Assembly (NCBI RefSeq): GCF_001548275.1 | Contig: NZ_AP014945.1 | Span: 1,020,001-1,052,000 of the forward strand | Reading direction: 5' to 3' | Origin: Caldimicrobium thiodismutans | GTDB lineage: Bacteria > Desulfobacterota > Thermodesulfobacteria > Thermodesulfobacteriales > Thermodesulfobacteriaceae | DNA: 32,000 bases | Part shown: positions 8,319 through 16,691 of the stretch, one piece after another | How positions within the stretch are numbered: the first letter of the stretch is position 1 | How the letters are laid out: each line of letters begins with the position of its first letter | Made by a program: the position numbers and the translations under genes | The notes under the pieces: model-generated | Databases searched by the model: none | The model's input: only the letters and a program-made list of their open reading frames with translations | What the model was told of the DNA's origin: nothing

Positions 8319-9866
8319 ATGAAGAAAAACCTACCCATCGGGATTTCAAGCTTTGAAAAGATTAGAAGTGAACCCTATTATTATGTGGATAAAACTCCAT
8401 TTGTGGCAAAACTCGTAGAAGAGGGAACTTACTATTTTCTCTCTCGCCCAAGGAGATTTGGAAAATCCCTTTTTGTGGACACCCTAAAACAGGCCTTCTT
8501 TGGAAGAAAAGAGCTTTTCCAAGGGCTCTATCTTGAAAAGAACTGGGACTGGAGTGTCAGGTATCCAGTTATTCATATTGATTTTGGGGGAAGAACCCTC
8601 AAAGGAGAGGAACATCTAATAACTTATATTCTTGAACAACTTGAGAAAAATCAGGAAACCCTTGGAGTCTCCTGTTCAGAAAAAGATCTTTATGATAGCT
8701 GTTTTGAGGAATTAATCCTTAAAAGTTATGAAAAATATAAACAAAAAGTAGTTGTGCTTGTGGATGAGTATGACAAACCGATCCTTGATTGCATTGAGGA
8801 TAGAGAAGCGATAAAAAGAATAAGGGATATTCTTGTAAAATTTTATATTGTTTTAAAGCCTCTTGATAGGTATCTCAAATTTGTTCTTTTAACAGGGGTT
8901 TTAAAATTTTATATGTCTTCAATTTTCTCAGGCTTAAATTTCTTAAATGATATTACTTTAAGCAGAAAGTATTCAACTATTTGCGGATTTACTCAAGAAG
9001 AGCTTGAAGAGGTCTTTAAAGAAGAACTGCAAGATAAAGACTTAAAGCTTATTAAATGCTGGTATAATGGTTATTCCTGGCTTGGGGAACCCGTTTACAA
9101 TCCCTTTGATGTGCTTCTTTACCTAAAAGAAAGACAAATTCAGCCTTACTGGTTTGAGACAGGGACTCCCAGTTTTCTTATTAAACTCCTTGTGGAAAAG
9201 AAATTTTATATCCCCCAGCTCTCAGAACTTATGGCTTCAGAGCGCCTCCTTGGAAGCTTTGATGTGGACTTTATTGAACCAGAAAACCTTCTCTTTCAAA
9301 CAGGCTATCTCACCATAAAAGGAGTTGAAGAAATCCCATCGGGATACCTCTATTACCTGAGTTATCCCAATAAAGAGGTTAGAGTTTCCCTGAATAATTA
9401 CATAGTGGATTATTTGACAAGGAAGGGGCCTGAGAGTGCAAGGCTTACCCTTAAATTAACCAGGGCATTGAGGGAGGGAAGGGTTTCCGCCTTTGGAGAG
9501 GTTTTAAAGGCCCTTTTTTCAGGGATTCCCTATGAGTGGTATAGAAGTAATGAGATAGCAGGTTATGAGGGGTATTATGCCAGTGTGGTTTATAGTTTTC
9601 TTGAAGGCGCAGGCTTTGAAGTAATCCCTGAGGATTATACAAGCCTTGGAAGGATTGATTTAACAATAATTTTTGAGGAGAGATGTTTTATAGTTGAGTT
9701 TAAGGTGGTTGAGATGGAAGGGGAGAGTCCTAAGGCTATAGAGAAACTTAAGGAAAAAGGATATCATCAAAAATATCCTGGACGCTTTAAGGAGATATAT
9801 CTTATTGGGTTTGATTTTAGTAAAGAAAAGAAGACTCTCTCAAATTTTGATTGGATAAAGCTTTGA
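8319..9866 (+). CDS. Predicted AAA-ATPase (AAA-ATPase_like N-domain) fused to a PD-(D/E)XK nuclease-like C-domain (DUF1703/PDDEXK_9 type)
   Basis: The N-terminus [51 protein letters not shown] is the hallmark of this family. [10 protein letters not shown] is Walker-B-like. The C-terminus GRIDLTI...FIVEFKV gives D...ExK. Confidence 0.85.
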   Translation: MKKNLPIGISSFEKIRSEPYYYVDKTPFVAKLVEEGTYYFLSRPRRFGKSLFVDTLKQAFFGRKELFQGLYLEKNWDWSVRYPVIHIDFGGRTLKGEEHLITYILEQLEKNQETLGVSCSEKDLYDSCFEELILKSYEKYKQKVVVLVDEYDKPILDCIEDREAIKRIRDILVKFYIVLKPLDRYLKFVLLTGVLKFYMSSIFSGLNFLNDITLSRKYSTICGFTQEELEEVFKEELQDKDLKLIKCWYNGYSWLGEPVYNPFDVLLYLKERQIQPYWFETGTPSFLIKLLVEKKFYIPQLSELMASERLLGSFDVDFIEPENLLFQTGYLTIKGVEEIPSGYLYYLSYPNKEVRVSLNNYIVDYLTRKGPESARLTLKLTRALREGRVSAFGEVLKALFSGIPYEWYRSNEIAGYEGYYASVVYSFLEGAGFEVIPEDYTSLGRIDLTIIFEERCFIVEFKVVEMEGESPKAIEKLKEKGYHQKYPGRFKEIYLIGFDFSKEKKTLSNFDWIKL

Positions 9867-9881
9867 AATCTTGAAAATTTG

Positions 9882-9897
9882 GCCTGTCCGCACAGGC
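9882..9897 (+). promoter_or_regulatory. GC-rich hairpin between the AAA-ATPase gene and TrpB2, directly upstream of the trpB2 RBS
   Basis: GCCTGT-CCGC-ACAGGC is a perfect 6-bp stem with a 4-nt loop. It is followed by AGGGAGGGAAAAATG and has no T-tract, so it is not a classical terminator. Confidence 0.25.
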
Positions 9898-9909
9898 AGG
9901 GAGGGAAAA

Positions 9910-11202
9910 ATGAAAGTAATTTTATCTACTGAAGAACTTCCAAGAAAATGGCTGAATCTTGCTCCCTATCTTCCAGAACCCTTAGAACCACCACTTGATC
10001 CTCAAACCAAGGAACCAGTCTCTCCTGAGAAGCTGCTTGCTATTTTTCCCGAATCCATTGTGGAACAGGAGGTCACTCAGGAGGAATGGCTTGAGATCCC
10101 CGAAGATGTCCTAAAGGTCTATTCCCTTTACAGGCCAACTCCTTTGATCAGGGCAGAAAATCTTGAAAAATACCTTGAAACCCCTGCTAAAATCTTTTAT
10201 AAATATGAAGGGGTTTCTCCTCCAGGAAGCCACAAGCCCAATACCGCTATACCCCAGGCCTATTACAACAAAATCTCAGGGATTAAAAGGCTTACCACTG
10301 AGACAGGGGCTGGGCAGTGGGGAAGCTCTCTTGCCTTTGCTACTCAGTTTTTTGGGCTTGAATGCGAGGTCTATATGGTAAGAGCAAGTTTCAAACAGAA
10401 GCCCTATCGAAGAATCCTTATGGAGCTCTGGGGAGCAAGTGTCTCCCCTTCCCCTTCAGATAAAACAGAGTCAGGAAAAAAATTTCTTGCTATAGATCCA
10501 GAGCATCCTGGAAGCCTTGGAATAGCCATTTCTGAGGCTATAGAAAGGGCAGTCACCTCAAAGGACACCAAGTATGCCCTTGGAAGTGTGCTCAATCATG
10601 TTCTTCATCATCAGACGGTGATCGGTCTTGAAGCTGAGCTACAGATGAAGAAGCTGGGGCTTTATCCCGATTATGTGGTAGGGTGTGTAGGAGGTGGATC
10701 AAACTTTGCAGGGCTTGCCTTTCCCTTTTTGAAGCACAAAATCACAGGGGAAAAGACCCATACGGAGTTTCTGGCTGTTGAGCCTGAGTCTTGTCCAACT
10801 CTTACAAAAGGGGAGTATCGTTACGATTACGGAGACACCGTAGGGCTTACCCCCTTAATCAAAATGTATACCCTTGGAGCTGATTTTGTGCCGCCCCCTA
10901 TCCATGCAGGAGGACTGAGGTATCACGGAGATGCCCCTCTTCTCTGTGCCTTCTATCACCATGGTTTTATCAAAGCCAAAGCCTATTCCCAGGGAGAGGT
11001 CTTTTCAGCAGGGGTTCTCTTTGCCAAAACAGAGGGAATTGTTCCAGCCCCTGAATCAACCCATGCCATAAAGGCAGTCATTGACCTTGCCCTTGAATGT
11101 AAGAAAAATAAAGAGGAAAAGATCATTCTCTTTAATCTTTCAGGGCATGGATATTTTGATCTTTCTGCTTATGATGCCTATTTAAAAGGAGAAATAAAAT
11201 AA
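9910..11202 (+). CDS. trpB: TrpB-like PLP-dependent enzyme (tryptophan synthase beta chain 2, TrpB2 type)
   Basis: N-terminus [27 protein letters not shown]-lysine motif GSHKPNTA, and GGGSNFAG. 430 aa from ATG 9910, which follows GGGAGGG. The track start at 9871 lies inside the hairpin region. Confidence 0.9.
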   Translation: MKVILSTEELPRKWLNLAPYLPEPLEPPLDPQTKEPVSPEKLLAIFPESIVEQEVTQEEWLEIPEDVLKVYSLYRPTPLIRAENLEKYLETPAKIFYKYEGVSPPGSHKPNTAIPQAYYNKISGIKRLTTETGAGQWGSSLAFATQFFGLECEVYMVRASFKQKPYRRILMELWGASVSPSPSDKTESGKKFLAIDPEHPGSLGIAISEAIERAVTSKDTKYALGSVLNHVLHHQTVIGLEAELQMKKLGLYPDYVVGCVGGGSNFAGLAFPFLKHKITGEKTHTEFLAVEPESCPTLTKGEYRYDYGDTVGLTPLIKMYTLGADFVPPPIHAGGLRYHGDAPLLCAFYHHGFIKAKAYSQGEVFSAGVLFAKTEGIVPAPESTHAIKAVIDLALECKKNKEEKIILFNLSGHGYFDLSAYDAYLKGEIK

Positions 11203-11215
11203 GGTTTTTTTGCGT

Positions 11216-11491
11216 AGCTTCAGATGCTTACAAGAAAAAGGAAGAGTGGTAAGAGGTGAGAGGTGAGAAGTGAGAGGTGGGAGTAGGGGAAGCCCTTGTA
11301 TGTCTGCCCTGTGTAGGGGTTTAAAATTTTAAAACCTTGTAAGGGTTCAAAATCTTGAACTCCTACATTGATGCCAAAAACATATAACAGGCAAACATAT
11401 AGGTTTGTCCCTACAAAATACAGGTTTATTTTCCTTGAACTGAAGCAGCAGAAAAAACCCCCTTTAAATTTCAAAAGATATGGACGCATAC
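11216..11491 (+). repeat. Intergenic repeat family copy 3 (long form with internal insert and 5-unit heptamer tract)
   Basis: CAGATGCTTACAAGAAAAAGGAAGAG, then GGTAAGA GGTGAGA GGTGAGA AGTGAGA GGTGGGA. About 160 bp follows that shares TCCCTACAAAA...ATTTTCCT..AAC.GAAGCAG with the copy at 31621. It ends AAAAAACCCCCTTTAAATTTCAAAAGATATGGACGCATAC. Confidence 0.8.
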
Positions 11492-11497
11492 ATTAGT

Positions 11498-11526
11498 TTG
11501 ACGCTTTGCAGGCTTTGTGCTAAAAT
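11498..11526 (+). promoter_or_regulatory. Sigma-70-type promoter for pgi
   Basis: TTGACG (11498-11503), 17-nt spacer, TAAAAT (11521-11526). The -35 starts 6 nt after the repeat terminus. The ORF-track start at 11517 lies inside this promoter. Confidence 0.6.
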
Positions 11527-11561
11527 ATTTTCAAGACCGGCAATGTAAAAGGAGTTTTTTT

Positions 11562-13280
11562 ATGCGTGCTGATATTCCAAAAGTAGTTAAGGTCTATGGT
11601 GATTTTGGTATCATTAAAAGACCCTCCAAGCTTTCAGAAGAAGAAAAGGAAAAGATACTTCAAAGGCTTTTTCAGAAGGATGCAGAGCTTTTTACTCTTG
11701 ATCCTGATGTTAAGAAGAAGATTCAGGAACGCTTAGATTGGGTAGAGGGCTATAAATATATTGAGCCCAAGCTTAAGGAGCTTAAGACCTTAGCTGAAGA
11801 GATAAGAAGGGAGTATCAGTTTGTCCTTTGGTGCGGGATGGGAGGCTCAGGTCTTTTTCCCTTGGTAATATCTCAGATTTTTACACCAGCTGAAGGCTTT
11901 CCTGAGCTCAAAGTCCTTGACACCAATGACCCCTTTCATATTCAAGAAGCTGAAAGGCTACCCCTTGAGAAGACCCTTTTTGTTATTGTCTCAAAATCAG
12001 GAACCACTCTTGAGACCCTTTCTCACTTCAAATACTTCTGGGAAAAGGTTAAGGCCAATAATTCCGAGCCGGGGAAACAGTTTATAGCCCTTACTGATCC
12101 GGGCTCCCCTCTTGAAGGGTTAGCCCTTGAAAGAGGTTTTAGGAAGATTGTGCATCATCCCCCCTATGTAGGAGGGAGATATGCAGCCCTGACAGAGATA
12201 GGCTTTTTAGCCTCTGCTCTTATGGGGCTTGATTTAGCTAAGGCCCTACATTATGCCAAAGAAATGTATTCTGCTTGTGAACCAGGTATTCCCTGGAATT
12301 ATAATCTCGCCACCACCTTAGCTGAATTTATTACTGAATCTTACATCCTTGGACAGGATAAGCTAACCTTTATTGTGGACCCCCTTTTAAAACCCTTTGC
12401 CCTCTGGTTGGAACAGCTGATAGCAGAAAGTCTTGGGAAAAATTATGCAGGGCTCATACCTGTTGTAGGAGAATCCCCGGGGGCATCAACTGTTTATTCT
12501 TCGGATAGATGTTTTATTTATCTTACTTTAAGGGGTAGAGAGAGGCTCTATCATCGCCTGATTTCAGATCTTAAGGAAGGGGGCTTTCGGATCAAGCAGA
12601 TTGTTCTTGAGGATAGATATGAAGTCTTTGGTGAGGCCTATAGGTTCATGCTGGCAACAGCCCTAACAGGTTACTTTATCGGTGTTAACCCCTTTGATGA
12701 ACCCGATGTTGTGCTCTCCAAGACAAAAACCAGGGAACTTCTTGAAAAATTTAAAAAGGAGGGAGATTTTGGCTTAGAGCTTTATGTAGATAGTGACACA
12801 GGCCTTGGTTTTTATTATGAGAAGACTCTTTCCGTTGAGTATCCAAAGCTTTCAGCCCTTTTTAAAAAGTTCTTTTCTGATTTTGCCCCCTGGATTTATG
12901 TTGGGTTCTTAGCCTATCTTTCCTATGATCCAGAGATAGAGGATATTATCCGAGATATAAGAACCTTTGTCCGGGAAAAGAAAAATTGTGCCACCCTTTT
13001 TGGTTATGGCCCGAGATATTTGCATTCAACAGGGCAACTTTTTAAAGGTGGTCCTCCTCTTGCTCGTTTCATTATTTTTACTCGCCGGGGGCGGATTGAT
13101 TCTCAGATCATTCCTGAAGAGGGATATACTTTTTGGGATCAGCAGTTTGCCCAGGCTTATGGGGACTTTCGCGCCCTTGTTGAAAGGGAAAAACCTGTCC
13201 TTTTGATCCATCTTTTTAATGATCCTAAAGAGGATCTAAGGCTTGTTTTTGAACTTATTAAAAAAGCCTTAACCTTTTAA
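11562..13280 (+). CDS. pgi: Glucose-6-phosphate isomerase (SIS-domain PGI)
   Basis: Motifs WCGMGGSGLFP, SKSGTTLET and VGGRYAALT, plus the N-terminal LDWV leader typical of this PGI type. ATG 11562 is preceded by AAGGAG. Confidence 0.85.
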   Translation: MRADIPKVVKVYGDFGIIKRPSKLSEEEKEKILQRLFQKDAELFTLDPDVKKKIQERLDWVEGYKYIEPKLKELKTLAEEIRREYQFVLWCGMGGSGLFPLVISQIFTPAEGFPELKVLDTNDPFHIQEAERLPLEKTLFVIVSKSGTTLETLSHFKYFWEKVKANNSEPGKQFIALTDPGSPLEGLALERGFRKIVHHPPYVGGRYAALTEIGFLASALMGLDLAKALHYAKEMYSACEPGIPWNYNLATTLAEFITESYILGQDKLTFIVDPLLKPFALWLEQLIAESLGKNYAGLIPVVGESPGASTVYSSDRCFIYLTLRGRERLYHRLISDLKEGGFRIKQIVLEDRYEVFGEAYRFMLATALTGYFIGVNPFDEPDVVLSKTKTRELLEKFKKEGDFGLELYVDSDTGLGFYYEKTLSVEYPKLSALFKKFFSDFAPWIYVGFLAYLSYDPEIEDIIRDIRTFVREKKNCATLFGYGPRYLHSTGQLFKGGPPLARFIIFTRRGRIDSQIIPEEGYTFWDQQFAQAYGDFRALVEREKPVLLIHLFNDPKEDLRLVFELIKKALTF

Positions 13281-13514
13281 AGGAGAAAATATGGTATGGT
13301 AAAAATGTTAGCCATGGCAAATCACCTCGGAATTACTAATCCTTCTATTAAATTTTTGATGGGAATAGAATTAAAGTTGTCCCTTACTCCAACCGCCCGT
13401 GTGGTGATGGCTTTTAAGCCCAGGTGAAATGGAGTTCTTGTCCCTCTTTTTTAAAATTAAGCAAAGGAGACATGCTTATATTATAAACAAAAAAATTGCA
13501 GGAGGTTAAAGAAT

Positions 13515-14492
13515 ATGATGTTTCCTGAATACCGGGCCAGAAGACTCAGAAAAAACGAATTTGTTAGATCTTTGGTTAGAGAGACCAATCTTTCAGTGAA
13601 TGACTTTATTTATCCCCTGTTCATTGTGGAAGGCAAAAACATAAAGGAAGAAATAAAATCCATGCCCGGAATTTTTCGCTTTTCCTTAGACCAGGTGTTG
13701 GATGAAGTAAAGACCTCCCTTGACCTTGGGCTTAAAGCCTTCTTACTCTTTGGAATTCCTGCCAAAAAGGATGAAGCAGGAACTTCAGCCTTTGCCAAGG
13801 AAGGTATCATCCAGAGAGCGGTTAAGACCTTAAAGGATAAATTTCCACAGGCAGTTATAATAACGGATGTCTGTATGTGTGAATATACCTCTCATGGACA
13901 CTGCGGTATACTTAGGGGCGGGGAGGTTGACAATGACCTTACACTTGAACAATTAGCCCGTATTGCTGTCTCCCATGCTAAGGCTGGAGCGGACTGGGTG
14001 GCTCCTTCTGATATGATGGATGGAAGGGTAGCCCGAATTCGTGAGGCCTTAGATGAGGCAGGCTTTACAGAGGTTGCCATTATGAGTTATGCTGTGAAAT
14101 ATTGCAGTTCCTTTTACGGGCCCTTTAGAGAAGCAGCTGAATCAGCCCCTCAATTCGGGGATAGACGCTCCTATCAGATGGATCCTCCCAATGCCAGGGA
14201 AGCCATGCGCGAGGCTTTAATGGATGTTGAAGAAGGTGCCGATATAATAATGGTAAAGCCTGCTATGCCCTATTTAGATATTATAAGAATGCTTAGAGAA
14301 AATTTGCATCATCCCATTGCCGCCTATCAGGTAAGTGGAGAGTATTCCATGCTTAGGGCAGCTGGGAAACTCGGATATCTTGATGAAGAAAGAGTAATGT
14401 GGGAGAGCTTGATTAGTATTAAAAGGGCAGGGGCTGACTTAATTATCAGCTATTTTGCTAAGAGGGTAGCTGAGCTTTTGCAGAGGGCCTAA
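13515..14492 (+). CDS. hemB: Porphobilinogen synthase (delta-aminolevulinate dehydratase), Zn-type
   Basis: [26 protein letters not shown], the Cys-rich zinc site [14 protein letters not shown], active-site region [13 protein letters not shown], and YQVSGEY. Confidence 0.95.
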   Translation: MMFPEYRARRLRKNEFVRSLVRETNLSVNDFIYPLFIVEGKNIKEEIKSMPGIFRFSLDQVLDEVKTSLDLGLKAFLLFGIPAKKDEAGTSAFAKEGIIQRAVKTLKDKFPQAVIITDVCMCEYTSHGHCGILRGGEVDNDLTLEQLARIAVSHAKAGADWVAPSDMMDGRVARIREALDEAGFTEVAIMSYAVKYCSSFYGPFREAAESAPQFGDRRSYQMDPPNAREAMREALMDVEEGADIIMVKPAMPYLDIIRMLRENLHHPIAAYQVSGEYSMLRAAGKLGYLDEERVMWESLISIKRAGADLIISYFAKRVAELLQRA

Positions 14493-14495
14493 GGA

Positions 14496-15254
14496 GTGAG
14501 GTTCCTCCTCTTACTTCTTAGCTTAATTCTTGTTTCCTGTGCAAGACCTCCAAGACAGCCTTCTCCACCACCTCAAATAATTGCACCAGAAGAGTCAAGT
14601 AAATATCTTCCTGGTTGGATGCGTCCTTATACTATTAATGGAAAGACCTATTATCCTCTTCCGAAGGCAGAGGGCTATGAAGAAGTCTGTCTTGCCTCCT
14701 GGTATGGCCCTGGTTTTCACGGGCGTCAAACCTCAGGGGGGGAGATTTATAATATGTATGAATATACCGCAGCTCATAAACTCTTGCCCCTTGGAACTTA
14801 TGTCCTTGTAACCAACCTTGAAAATGGCAGAGAGCTTGTGGTGCGAATTAATGACCGAGGGCCCTTTGTGGAGGATAGATGTATTGATTTAAGTTTTGCC
14901 TCAGCTAAGGAACTTGGTCTCCACGGAAAGGGTCTTGCCCGGGTAAAAATTGTAGCCCTTTCAGAAGGAGAACTTATAAACTCAAAAGTTGTCTATAAAG
15001 ATATACCGAATTTCAGATTTAACGAATTTTATCTTCAGGTAGGGGCTTTCAAAAACTATGCTAATGCCTTGAAATATAAACTCGAACTTGAACAGGAATT
15101 TGAGCAGGTCTCCATTGAGCCCTATCAGCATCCAGAAAAGGGACTTTTTTACAGGGTCCAGATCTTTCTTTCCAAGGATTTATACAAGGCCCAGGAGCAG
15201 GCTTTAATTCTTAAAAAAGACCGCTTTAGGACCGCCTTTTTAGTTGCAAAATAA
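14496..15254 (+). CDS. rlpA: Septal ring lytic transglycosylase RlpA-family lipoprotein (DPBB + SPOR domains)
   Basis: Lipoprotein signal LLLLSLILVSC. The DPBB core is ASWYGPGFHGRQTSGGEIYNMYEYTAAHKLLPLGTYVLVTNLENGRELVVRINDRGPF. The C-terminal SPOR-like segment is FYLQVGAFKNYANA. GTG start. Confidence 0.9.
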   Translation: MRFLLLLLSLILVSCARPPRQPSPPPQIIAPEESSKYLPGWMRPYTINGKTYYPLPKAEGYEEVCLASWYGPGFHGRQTSGGEIYNMYEYTAAHKLLPLGTYVLVTNLENGRELVVRINDRGPFVEDRCIDLSFASAKELGLHGKGLARVKIVALSEGELINSKVVYKDIPNFRFNEFYLQVGAFKNYANALKYKLELEQEFEQVSIEPYQHPEKGLFYRVQIFLSKDLYKAQEQALILKKDRFRTAFLVAK

Positions 15255-15255
15255 G

Positions 15256-15957
15256 ATGGAAGAGCACTTTCAGGAACTTGAAAATGCCTTAGGGATCAAT
15301 TTCAAAAATAAAGAGCTCCTTAAAATAGCCTTAACCCATAGTTCTTATCGTATAAGCCATAAACATGAAGACCTTGAAGATAATGAAAGACTTGAATTTG
15401 TTGGAGATGCCCTTTTAAATCTATGTATATCCCTACTTCTTTACGAGAAATTCCCTAAGGATAGAGAGGGAGACCTTACGAAAAAAAGGGCCTATTTAGT
15501 CTGTAAAGAGCGTTTGATAAAGGTAGCTGAGTCTTTGAGGTTACCTGAGTTTTTGCTTACAGGACGCAGGGAAAAAACTCTTGATCTCAAAAGCAGGCTA
15601 AATATGGCAGGCAGGGCAGTTGAGGCACTGATTGGGGCTATTTTTTTGGATCAGGGTCTTGAAAAGGCCTGTAAAGTGGTGCATAAACTTTTTGCTCCCT
15701 ATTTTAAAACCTTAAAATTGAAGCCCCTTGTTGATGCCAAAAGCAGACTCCAAGAATATTTACAAAAGGAAAAGGGGATAATTCCTGTCTATGAAGTTCT
15801 TGAGATTACAGGGCCTGCACATAAACCGGAGATTGAGGTTGTAGTAAAGGTGGAAGATATGGTTTTGGCAAAAGCTAAAGGAACCTCCCGGAAAGAGGCT
15901 GAGAACCTTGCAGCTAAAAAGGCCCTTACTAAATTGAAAAAGCAAAGCAAAGCATGA
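15256..15957 (+). CDS. rnc: Ribonuclease III
   Basis: ALTHSSY and the catalytic signature NERLEFVGDA, with a C-terminal dsRBD (KSRLQEYLQK...GPAHKPEIEV...GTSRKEAENLAAKKAL). ATG 15256 lies 1 nt after the rlpA stop. Confidence 0.95.
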   Translation: MEEHFQELENALGINFKNKELLKIALTHSSYRISHKHEDLEDNERLEFVGDALLNLCISLLLYEKFPKDREGDLTKKRAYLVCKERLIKVAESLRLPEFLLTGRREKTLDLKSRLNMAGRAVEALIGAIFLDQGLEKACKVVHKLFAPYFKTLKLKPLVDAKSRLQEYLQKEKGIIPVYEVLEITGPAHKPEIEVVVKVEDMVLAKAKGTSRKEAENLAAKKALTKLKKQSKA

Positions 15958-16679
15958 AGTGCTATGTGGGGACTTCAGGCTGGAGTTATTACTCCTTTAA
16001 GGGGATCTTTTATCCTGAAGAATTGAAACCCAAAGAATGGCTTAAGTTTTACAGTCAACATTTTAAAACAGTTGAAATAAATGCTACCTTTTACCGAACT
16101 CCTCGGCCCCAAACCTTTAAAAAATGGTATCATGAGACACCAGCAGATTTTATCTTCACTATAAAGGCCCCTAAGGTTATCACCCATATTAAAAGACTCA
16201 AAGAGGTTGCAGAGGAACTAAAGGTCTTTTTAAAGAGTATTGCTCATCTCGGAGAAAAGGCAAAAGTCTTACTTTTTCAATTACCCCCCTCTTTAAAATA
16301 TGAAAGAGGGCTTATAGAGCAGTTTTTAGAGCTTTTATCAGAGGATTATAGGTCTGTTATTGAGATACGCAATGCAAGCTTTCATAATGAGGAATTTGCA
16401 GACTTACTCAGGAAGAAGGGAGTTGCTCTATGTTTCTCTGATTGTGGAGGACGATACCCTTCTTGGTATGAAGTTATAACTGCAGATTTCCTATATCTGA
16501 GACTCCACGGCTCCCCCGAGCTATATGTTTCTAATTATACAGATGAAGAACTTAAAAGCCTTGCAAAGCTTGTGAAATCTTATCAGGTAAAAGAGGCCTA
16601 TGTTTATTTTGATAATACCGCTCTGGGTTATGCAGTATTAAATGCTCAGACCTTTTTGAAATTTTTTGAAAATTCTTAA
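15954..16679 (+). CDS. DUF72 (UPF0759/YecE-like) family protein
   Basis: YVGTSGWSY..W.G.FYP, WLKFYSQHFKTVEINATFYRTP, LFQLPPS and VYFDN are the characteristic DUF72 blocks. ATGA start/stop overlap with rnc. Confidence 0.85.
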   Translation: MKCYVGTSGWSYYSFKGIFYPEELKPKEWLKFYSQHFKTVEINATFYRTPRPQTFKKWYHETPADFIFTIKAPKVITHIKRLKEVAEELKVFLKSIAHLGEKAKVLLFQLPPSLKYERGLIEQFLELLSEDYRSVIEIRNASFHNEEFADLLRKKGVALCFSDCGGRYPSWYEVITADFLYLRLHGSPELYVSNYTDEELKSLAKLVKSYQVKEAYVYFDNTALGYAVLNAQTFLKFFENS

Positions 16680-16691
16680 AAAGATTTTAAG
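16675..16691. terminator. AT-rich perfect hairpin containing the stop codons of both convergent genes (possible weak bidirectional terminator)
   Basis: CTTAAAA-AGA-TTTTAAG is a 7-bp perfect stem. The TAA of the DUF72 gene (16677-16679) and the TAA of the response regulator (complement of 16687-16689) each sit in one arm. Confidence 0.25.

Noticed and set aside
11248-11282. Possibility that the heptamer tract or the dispersed repeats represent a CRISPR array
   Set aside because: The units are 7 nt and contiguous with no spacers. The dispersed copies are kilobases apart, in both orientations, and imperfect. No cas genes are present.
11220-11489. 89-aa minus-strand ORF starting MRPYLL, and the related 68-aa ORF at 6155-6361 that also contains MRPYLL
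   Set aside because: The shared MRPYLL comes from the repeat terminus GTATGCGTCCATATCTTTT. Downstream frames, lengths and stops differ in every copy (15 to 89 codons). The sequences are low-complexity F/L/Y strings, so the repeats are not conserved coding units.
11517-11561. Upstream extension of pgi (track start 11517)
   Set aside because: The start codon would sit inside the predicted spacer/-10 (…GTGCTAAAAT). ATG 11562 has an AAGGAG RBS.
13281-13514. 234-nt pgi-hemB spacer: a 40-aa ORF (13305-13427), a TTGTCCCT direct repeat (13377 and 13438), a GGCTT/AAGCC mini-hairpin and a T-run at 13447-13452
   Set aside because: I considered a riboswitch, sRNA or terminator. No recognisable riboswitch core is present, the stem before the T-run is not GC-rich, and the sORF has no SD or recognisable family. 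It is left unannotated. RNA-seq or an Rfam scan would settle it.
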